Origin: Cycas panzhihuaensis
Lineage: Eukaryota > Plantae > Cycadophyta
NCBI GenBank assembly: GCA_023213395.1
Contig: CM041465.1
Coordinates: 184,147,741-184,211,740, forward strand
DNA length: 64,000 bases
Reading direction: 5' to 3'
The translations under genes were made by a program, and so were the position numbers. The stretch's first letter is position 1; each line of letters begins with the position of its first letter. Under the pieces are notes generated by a model. That model was not told where the DNA came from, did not search any database, and saw only the letters and a program-made list of their open reading frames with translations. Shown piece after piece: positions 52,347-64,000 of this stretch.

Positions 52347-53704
52347 TATTAAAAATAATCTTTATATTTTAATGTTATCTTCTTAAAGCTTAATTATTGT
52401 AAAGTTTAATTATTATTATTTATTTAATTATTATTTACTAAAAGTTTAGTGAAATGGATGGTTGTCCATTCTAATAAACTTTACTCTATCTTCTCAAAAT
52501 AATTATTCAAGAATCATTCATGCATAAAGGTTGGCTACATGGGTATTAGATCTAGCTAGTAGAAGAGAGAGAAGATGAGATCCTTTGATTTGGTTGTATA
52601 CATTTTTTATTATAATATAATATATTTTTTTTATGAGGTTGTTTTTTCTCCTTTATAGGGGTTTTTCACCTGCCAAATTATGGTGTATTATCTAATTGAT
52701 TTTGAGTTCAATTTATTTGATATTATGCATATGGTTTGATAATGATACCCTCTCTCCAACATGGTATTAGAGTGGGATTTGGAGCAAGTTCACAAACCTT
52801 GAAGTTGGAGGACAAAGATATCAACATTGTAGATATTTCATGAATCTCATAATAGTTGGAGTATGTGGTCTTAGTCTATTGATAAGAGAATGGTTTCATT
52901 ACTGACAAATTAAATTTGACAGGATAGATGAATGTACTATTAGGATGGGAAGTGCCCACTACACAAGACAAAGAGTTATTCATCGTAACAACACGTCGTA
53001 AGATAGAGAGACACAATAAACATCCTATCAAATGGAATATATTAAAAAAACTTGTGATGAAGACTAAATCAATGATGAAGTTGTGAGCTAATTATAGTGA
53101 GGTATAAAGGCATAGCACATCTCTATAGTAACATTGTAAAAATCATAAGCAGCTCGAACGAGGGCATAATGAGATATTTTCTGCCTTTGGAAGTGCTTTA
53201 TAGTTATGCCATGCCACACAGATGCATGCAAATGACAGAAGCAACCAAACTGGATGTAGATGCACTCTAATGTAGATTGAAAATACACTATTGTAGCCAA
53301 AGATTGATATGCCATTACTTGAAATGCATTTGAATTAAACTTATAGAGATCCATATAGAGAAGAAGACACCACAATCATGAAAGATGCCATTACTAGAGC
53401 TCCACATAGAGAAGAGGACAAAGCCACATATAAAACAAAAAAAAAAGAAAAAATTTTACAAAATTATACATTTGTCACCACCTCCCTTGCTTAAAAATTT
53501 TAGAGATATTTTATTCAAAACCCTAAGTCTAGGCTTAATGATTTACTTCTTTACTATCATTATTGATTTTACATCTAAACAAATGTCAAAAGTGTATTAA
53601 ATCTTATTTCTTTTTTTTGTAATTGCAAAAAGGATTCAATTTGGTTAATTTCTTTTTCAAGTTTGCCAACCCCCTAACTTGGCAATCCCTAATCACATCA
53701 CCTG
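52347..53704 (+). mobile_element. Ty1/copia C6: 5' LTR (52347-52761), PBS and start of leader; interrupted by element E
   Basis: LTR ends CTCTCCAACA followed by TGGTATTAGAG; family motif GGGGTTTTTCACCTGCC; resembles the C2 LTR. Start is approximate. Confidence 0.8.
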
Positions 53705-56180
53705 TATTAGGAAATACAAATGTAAGTAAAGGTTGACAGGATCTTTCACAATAAGTAGATCACAACATAAAACATACACACAGGATACCAGATTGTCATG
53801 GAAAACCCTTATAGGTGAAACACACAATAATATTATTTATATTTTTAACAATCTAATGTTGTACATAAGATATAGACTTTAATCTATATTTATAGATCTC
53901 AAGTGCCCAAATATATTTATAATTATATCCGTTAGCTCACCTATATTGAGAGTATTCCACCTACATATTAGGCACGTAAATAGGCTTACTTTATATTAAT
54001 CTAGATATTAACATATTCCAACATCCCCTCTTAATGTAAATGTGGGGTAATAAGGTTTATCATTAGGAAGAGATCCCCTTTCAAGGATAACCTTACCTAA
54101 TATGCACGAACGTCAGTGTAGCGATCTTTAGTTTAAGCTTGGTGAACATGTCCACAAGTCGATTTCCACTTAGACAAACTTCTACCTGCATCTTCCCTGA
54201 TCTAATCTTCAATTGGATGTAATGGTACTATGTCTCGTATGTATGCAATTCTTTGGAAATGTTCCAATAGACCCTGCAACCATATAACTCTCTTTACACT
54301 TGACACTTTGTTCATACAACTCAACCATATTCCTTTGACTAAACTAAAAGGTTGAGCCACTTGAGCCATGTGAATATCCTTTTCAAGTCTCTATGAAGAA
54401 ACATTCATATCTCATTCATTTGATATGACACCCAAATATCTGAAGTTACTAAAGTAAGGATCAAATAGACTAGTAAACATAGAGACTAATGCAAATGTCT
54501 CCTCATACTTGAACCCTTCTTTTGCTAGATATCCTGTGTAACAAGTTTACCAACTTACAAACTGACTAAATTCTTTGCTTTAATACAACTCTCCATTGTG
54601 AATTAACACTCGCTATAATATTAATGTCTATCTCAAGCTTTGACTGGCATATTGATCTATAATCTTTAATCATCCTATAAGTCTTCAACCATCAATGGAA
54701 CATGGGGTTGTAATACATGTCTCTTTAAACAATGGCTCCTCATCATCAATCTTCCGCTGGGTCCTACTTATGTCTCAAACATAATATTAGACAAACAAAC
54801 ATCCATATCTGCTAAATAATAGCTCAAAAAAGTAAAGAAATAAAGGATAAAACCTGTAATCAAATGACACTCAACATGATACGTCAACAACTCTTTAACA
54901 TGACATATAGACTAATCACAATGTATTTCTCTTGTAGATCATATTATTTGTAAGCTAAACAACCCATAGGCTTCAAACTCTTACAATCTTGCTATTGTAA
55001 TCTTCGTCTAAGATGTGTGCAATTCAATGCACCTCAAGAAACAAATGGAAGGCTTCTGACTGGTCCAAACACAACACAAGGGGAATATATGCCATGAACA
55101 ACTTTAACAAGGGTGCCTAATACCTGTTTGTTACAACTTCTACCATAAATCTATATGAGGTAAACCAAAACATGCACCAACCTCTCTATCTGCATCATGA
55201 TACTCACATGTAATACAACCTTACATGGCAACTGTATATACCATGACAAATGCATCACTGATTTTAAGGCATCTCATCTTAGACCTTTCCATTTATACTT
55301 CAAATTTTATCAAATCACTCTATCTCAGTTCCATATTAGACTTGTTCAGATATGCATACATGTTGAACCAGCATCAAATAAGCCATAAACCTTCATTCTA
55401 TCATCAGTCCAACTAACTAAAGTATAACGGTCCATTATAATTGACAACCACTCATACAACCGATAAATTCTAAACTTCTTGTCACCTCATATACATTTGA
55501 TGCAACAAAACTTGACTATAATCTGAATACAACACACTTATTTCACTAAATATATCACATATATATAAACTTTATGCAATGATCTATGCCATACTAACAA
55601 TAGTAATAGAGTTTGCATCATATGCAACTAAGGTATCTCAGGCAAACCTCACCCTTTACACCCTCTTATCTTGTCCTACCTCTCAATTAGTGAACTTCAC
55701 TGCCTTGAAACATACCCATCTCACCCTCAAACTAGCCATCTTTGCTCATAATAAAGCGTGCTTAATGCACTCTCTTCACCTCATCTCTGTACCATAACAT
55801 TGCCTCAAGAGCTCTCTTATATAACCACATGCAAAGAGCTTCAAATAATTGCCTACTTACCTATTCTTACTCATAAAGCACCCTCATGTCAGATACACTC
55901 TAAGGAGCACCAACTCTCTCATGTAATCACATGCTAGACAAGCAAAAATATTGCCTCATTGTCATATTATAACATCTACTCATATATGCTTTACAATGTA
56001 AATCACCAAAATAAAGAATCCTTTATTGAATACTGAGCAATATGCAAAGAAAGGCACTTATATACACAACCATTGAAATAGATAATTACTAAAATATTTC
56101 AAGGATAAATGTAGACATGCCAACTTTACTCATGGTGCCTTATATTAACAGAAAGGTAATCTCTAAAACAATGGTGAAAT

Positions 56181-58145
<1,965 letters not shown>

Positions 58146-58202
58146 AGGGTGATTAACATATCATTACACAGTCTATAAGCAGGCTGCATCATGGATGGGG
58201 GA

Positions 58203-58257
<55 letters not shown>

Positions 58258-59234
58258 GTTAAATATAATTAATACATATGGTGCAATATATATGAAATCA
58301 TAATGCATTCACACATATCAATAATATTCAACGGTGAATAACCATAATGCAATATTGAATATTAATCCAGTGATCAACAAAAAGTATGCAGGCGACAAAA
58401 TATATATATTCAAACCTTAAAATGTCAAACGAGTGAATATATAAATGAGCATACCTTTATAAATCATCATATTATTATCTCATGACTCTATAACTCTCTT
58501 AGGAGGATGTGTCACTAGCAACTGACACTCCAATGGCTTCTATAAGGTACTAGGGGCTGCAAATAAACACTCCACAGGTGGAAAGGCTCTCTATACAACT
58601 GCAAACTCAATGGCACTATCAAACAAGGATTCGACACCTTCAACAGTATCAAAAGGGTCTGAAATAACTAGCAACAAAATAACCAGGGCTGCAAATCACC
58701 TTCAAGTCATCCACACACCTCCATAAAGCTTAGAATAACTACAAACATAATTCAGAAGGCTTTAAGTCTTTCAACAATTATTTAAACCTCTGTGGTAGCT
58801 TTGTAGGGTCATCAGACAGGAAAATCCTTAAAGGACAAGCCATCATGACCTAACACAAATGATTGGACCATCTGATAATAATACTCTGCCTATGCATGAC
58901 CTATAAGCTTTGATACCATGTTAGAAAATACAAATGTAAGCAAAAGCTGACATGATCTTTCACAATAAGCAAATCATAGTAGAAAACATACACACGGGAT
59001 ACCATATTACCATGGGAAATCCTTACGAGTGAAAATCCACAATAATATTATTCATATTATTGTAAATCTAATGTTGTACAAAATATATGGACTTTAATCT
59101 ATATTTATAGATCTCAAGTGCCCAAATATTATTACAATTACATTTGTTGGCTCACTCATATCGAGAATATTCCACCTATATATTAGGCATATAAATAGGC
59201 CCACTTTACATTAATTAGTATATTAACATATTCC

Positions 59235-59832
59235 GAGTCTTTAGATTTAGAATTATTAAGCGGTAAGATGATCGAACATTTGATTGATTGGAATCGGCGA
59301 GAGCGAGACGGACTGTAGGGTTTCGACTGCAAACGCGAACGAACGGAGACGATTCCAGGGTTTCGTGTGGCGGCAGCGAGTGGATTTGCGTCGCATGGGA
59401 CGCTATGGCGCCTCGAGCGGCCGGGTGTAGGCCCTGCAAGGTGATAGTGTCCCGTCCAAAGCGATGCAGGAGGAAAAACGGCCCATTCTCAGTGGTACGG
59501 GGAGATAGTCCTGGGCGCATCTGCCAGTGCTGTCCGAGCCCTTTGTTTTGGCTCCATTCGATTCGTCCTATATGTGCAAAAGTGCTTTTTGGGAATCAAA
59601 CTGAGATTGGAGCGGTTTACTGCCAGAGGGTAGACAGATCCTTAGAGAAAGCAGTGCGGGAAGGGTGCCAGGAGCTGTGTGGTGTTGGTATTTCTATTGT
59701 GGCGCTTCTGGCCAGCGACGCCTTGGTTGGGACCAAGATTTTGGATGCAAAGCTGACTGCACAGCAGGATTTAATCATGGTATGCACATGCTATCTTGTC
59801 TGGCATTTTATTGCTATCTTTTGATTTTAATC
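59235..59832 (+). promoter_or_regulatory. GC/CpG-rich LINE 5' UTR (probable internal promoter)
   Basis: Sharp rise in GC and CpG content upstream of ORF1; L1 elements are known to carry internal promoters. Confidence 0.55.
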
Positions 59833-61246
59833 ATGGAAATGGATCACATCCTTCAAAATCAGACATAGATCCCCACTCTGTCCCCGGGGAAATCATATCG
59901 AGATGCCTTGAAATCAAATGAAGAGGAAACTTTTAACCTAACACCGGTGGTTATTGATAATAAAGTCAGAGTAAAAATACCTTTAGCCCTTGTGGAAAGA
60001 ACCGAGAAACTATGGGAGAACTGCTTGGTTGGCAGATTCTCAGGACCTAGACCGGGTCTCGAGTCTATTAGAAGTTGGACGAGATCCAAATGGAAAACGG
60101 TGGGTTGTGTGGAAACAATAGCCATGCCTAAGGGTTATGTGCTGTTCAAATTCTCCTCATATGAAGACATGTCTAATATCCTGCTTAGGGCGCCTTGGAT
60201 GTTCGGCAGGAAAGCGTTGTCCCTTGAGAAATGGCACATGGATTTTGATCCCTCCTCTCCTAAGATTAAACAAGCTCCTTTATGGATTCAACTCCCGGGT
60301 CTCCCATTACATCACTGGAACCCAGAAGTTTTCAATGGAATAGCGAAGGCGGTGGGCCCTCTTTTAGCTGTTGATTCTGCGACGAAGAATAGGAGTAGGC
60401 TCATCAACGCTAGGATCTGTGCTCTAACTCAGCTCGACAAACCCCTTCTGGACAACATCTGGATGGATTTACCGGAAGGTAGTTGGGTGCAGTCGCTGAT
60501 TTATGAAATGGACCATATCAAATGCTCCACCTGCAGAATATTGGGGCACCTGCCCAAAAAATGCCCAGGGATTCAGGCCCCAACAGATGAAAACAACAAG
60601 GGACTCCCAGTTCCAAATCCCCAGGATAAGGTGGATAAGGTCCAAGGGGTGGATCAAGATATTGAAGGCATCATGGAGGAAGCTGGGTTCCCTGGTGGGG
60701 ACTTGGGTTTTGACCCTAACAAAGAGGATACGTTACTAGAGGAGGGAGAGCCATATGCTTAGGCGCCCTTGGTCCTGGGTAGCCAGACTGAAGAAACATG
60801 TTCAGGGGTCCCGTCCCCCACTTGAATTGTCGCCAAGACACATTCTATCCACCCTGACGTACTTAGGGGGCGGGATAGGCAAGTAGAGGGAAGGCTTGAG
60901 CTTTCCCCCTCTCTAGGGGATGATGTTGCTCCTAGTGAGAGACAGACGGCAGGGGCAGAGGCATTAGCACCCGCATTGGCAGATCTAGGGGAGCCGGCTC
61001 CAGCTCCAAATCCACAACCGACTCGACTGTAAGAAGCGGTAGGATGTGGGTACTGATAAGAAAGTAGGAAGGCCGCCTTTGAAGCTCCTAAGGGAGAAAG
61101 AAACGGCTACCCAAGTAGACCAAGGTACCCAGAAAACCCTTAAAGATGCTTTCTTAGAAGGGCCTACCCTTAGATCCAGCACCGCAGGCAAAGAGCCTCC
61201 AAAAGGAGAGCCTGCTGAAGTATGGAAACAAAGGAAAAAGAGATGA
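59833..61246 (+). pseudogene. LINE ORF1 (DUF4283/RRM-like domain plus CCHC zinc knuckle) with a few stops and a frameshift
   Basis: KSYRDAL, LVGRF, GYVLFKF, PWMF...LEKW, WIQLPGLPLHHW, CSTCRILGHLPKKC; TAG at 59866 and 60760. Confidence 0.9.
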
Positions 61247-64000
61247 AATTAATATCTTGGAACATCAGGGGACTCAATGCCCCCTCGAAGCAGAGGATTT
61301 TAAAGGATATGCGTGATAAGCATGCTCTAGACCTAATATTCCTACAGGAAACCAAAATGAATAAGGAGAATGGCCAAAGGGTCAAAAATAAAATTTGGAA
61401 GACTGCTGATAGCATTGAGATTGACTATGCCCAAGGAGTGGGGGGCTTAATGGTGCTATAGGATCCATCGTCATGGTCGGGAGAACTTTTCCTAGCGGAG
61501 GGATCCTTCTTATCGATTCGGCTAACCAATAAAAGCAACAACATGTCGTGGATTGCCACAAATGTTTACGCTCCAAATAATCAAGAGGCCAGGAAAAAAC
61601 TCTGGGCTAGGCTGTTAAAGGCTCACAGAGATTGCCAATTACCTTGGATGCTGGCAGGGGACTTCAACTCGGCTTTGACCCCGGGGGACAAGAGAGGCGG
61701 TTCTGGTGGATGGACTTCCAGTATGGGAGATTTCAGCGACTTCCTCCAACAGGGGGGTCTGGAGGACGTGAAGCTCCGAGGGGGCTCATTTACCTGGTCA
61801 AATAAAAGACTAGGGAACGACCTAATCCAAATTAAATTAGACCGGGTGCTGGCCAATTTTGACTGGCTGAGCTATTTTAGTGACTTTGCCCTGGAGACGC
61901 TTCCGAGGATCAGTTCTGACCACTCTCCTCTTTTGCTTGATTTCGGCTCTGTAAATTACCGGATCCCCTTCAGTTCGGTGATGTGGCTCTGTCACCCCGA
62001 TCTTAGGAACAGGATCGTGGAGTGGTGGCAGATCCAAATCAAAGGCCACGCTATGTATAGATTTTTGAAGAAGCTCGACTGGATCAAAAGACAAATCAAA
62101 GTCTAGAACAAGGAGGTCTTCCAAAACATTCATGAGTAGAAGGACAAAGTCATTTTCGACCTGAAAGCTGTAGAGGAAAGGATTGAGTGCACCGGCAGAT
62201 CCTCTGAGATAGACAAGACAGAAAAGGAGCTAGTTGAGAAGTTGGACGAGATTCTCATCAGAGAAGAAATTCTCTGGAGACAAAAATCCAGGGCCCTTTG
62301 GTTGGCGGAAGGGGACAGGAACACAAAATTCTTTCACATGACCACAGTAAAGCATAGGGCTAGCAACATAATTTCTAGCCTCCTTAGGGATGACGGCTCG
62401 ATTGTTAGCTCTATGGAGGGTATGAAGGAGTTGGCTAGCGATTACTTTAAGGATCTTTTCACCGAACCCCAGGACGGGGATTTGGACAGTAGGAAAGATT
62501 TCTTAAATAACATTCATAGGCTGGTGAATGAAACTCAAAACGAACAGTTGATTGCTCCGTTCACCCTTGAGGAAGTCAGGGCGGCCCTCTTTAGCATGAA
62601 GAAAGATAAAGCCCCGGGCCCTGACGGTTTCCCTCCCGGCTTTTTCCAGGAATATTGGGATATTATTCAAGGTGACCTTATGGAAGCTTTGCAGGAATTC
62701 TACACAAACAAACAGATCCTGCAGGAATGGCAGACCACTTTCCTTGTCCTCATCCCAAAGAAAGAAGGAGCGAAAAGGATGGAAGACTTCCATCCCATTA
62801 GTCTCTGCAATGTCAAATACAAGATTTTGACCAAGGTTCTGGTCAACAGACTTAAGAGCATCATGCCAAACATTATTTCCCACAACCAGGATGGGTTCCT
62901 TCGAGGCAGGCAGATTTACGATGGTTACATTATTGTCCACGAAACAATTCATTCCGCTGCTGCAAGAAAGGAGCCAGCAATGTTGATCAAGATCGATCTC
63001 ACGAAAGCCTTTGATAGGGTCTCCTGGGATTGCTTGCTGACCGCTAGAGGCTTTTGGCTTTGGTGATCTCTGGCGAACCTGGATTAAGCTGTGCATTGGG
63101 AATCCCCAATTCTCCGTCATTATCAACGGTTCATCCTCCAGGTTCTTCCCGGGATTCAGGGGTTTGAGGCAAGGTGACCCCCTCTCCCCCTTTTTATTTA
63201 TCACGCTGGCTGAGCTGCTGGGTAGAACCTTGGAGTCGGCCAGGAGGCTTGGTTCCTTAACTGGGATTAAATCGACATCGGGGGTGGACAATGTGGTTCA
63301 CCACCAATTTGTTGACGATAATATTCTCCTTGGGAAGGCCTCCGTCAGGGAGGCTTCCAGATTTAAAGATATTCTGGGGCATTTTAAGAAATCCACGAAC
63401 CAGAAGATAAGCCTCAAGAAGAGTAGTGTCTTCTTTATAAACACCCTGGGTCACGCCCAAGGCAGGATTAGCAGAATTCTAGGTATGGATATAAAGAAGC
63501 TTCCCACAATTTACCTAGGCTTGCCCCTTTTTGTTGGGAAGATGTCTAAGGAAATGTGGAACCCGCTTTTAGATAGAATGCAAAGGAAGCTAGCGGGCTG
63601 GAAGGGAGCCCTCTTGAGTTCAGTTGGAAAGCTCCAGCTTACCGCCTCTACTCTCCAGAGCATTCTAGTGTTCTGGATGTCCATCTTCAGGGTCCCGACG
63701 GGCATCTCAGACACTATCGAATCAATTCAGAAAAGATTTCTTTGGTCTGGAACAGAAAGCAAAGATAGGATGCACCTAGTGAGCTGGAACAAAGTTTGCA
63801 CCCCGAAATGGGCTGGTGGCCTCAATTTGCGCAGACTCTCTCTCTTCAATGTAGCCCTTGGGGCAAAGCTCGGGTGGAGATTGTTCAAAGGTGGAGAGAG
63901 ACTCTGGGAGAGGATTCTCTCTAGAAAATATATTCAGGGGGGCTCCTTCTTGGATAGTAGCATCCCGTCGGCCGGCTCTACCGTCTGGAGGAGCATCCTC
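61243..64000 (+). pseudogene. LINE ORF2 (APE endonuclease and reverse transcriptase), few disablements, 3' end outside the window
   Basis: LISWNIRGLN, FLQETK, NVYAPN, GDFN, FTWSN, KLDR, SDHSPL; [48 protein letters not shown]. Confidence 0.95.

Larger units (their letters stand above)
59235..64000 (+). mobile_element. Young L1-clade LINE (copy L-C), 5' end to mid-ORF2, running off the window
   Basis: CpG-rich 5' UTR, nearly open ORF1 and ORF2, homologous to L-A and L-B; interrupts the last 4 bp of the LTR of element E. Confidence 0.95.

Noticed and set aside
59288-59824. 178-aa ORF in the LINE 5' UTR
   Set aside because: Non-ATG start, GC-rich UTR, no recognisable domain and not evident in L-B; cannot be supported as a gene.
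62503-63291. 262-aa minus-strand ORF and other antisense ORFs over L-C
   Set aside because: Shadow frames of a GC-rich LINE ORF2 with no independent motifs.

Overview
A gene-free, AT-rich land-plant intergenic window built almost entirely of nested retroelements. It is possibly from a large-genome non-angiosperm such as a gymnosperm, but that is only an inference. I see three L1-clade LINEs of one family at three ages (1-3096; 37854-45314 with a 15-bp TSD; and a young copy at 59235->64000), seven Ty1/copia elements or remnants, four Ty3/gypsy remnants, a tiny non-autonomous LTR element and long (TA)n tracts. No intact host gene or intact retroelement ORF is present; most stops fit C>T/G>A decay. 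Three things stand out. (1) A copia element at 17460-25974 has TG...TA LTR ends and no detectable TSD (a TA|TG core is shared by its ends and the target). It has no tRNA PBS, but a 9-nt segment in that position is complementary to its own LTR, and its 3.6-kb leader holds a decayed antisense ORF of about 450 codons. (2) One copia family has members that share gag-pol and LTR motifs but each carry different, gene-like and apparently antisense cargo right after the PBS (one is LRR-like). (3) A stem-loop enclosing a duplicate PPT is conserved in structure, not sequence, across two copia families. All calls were made by eye; no database search was run.
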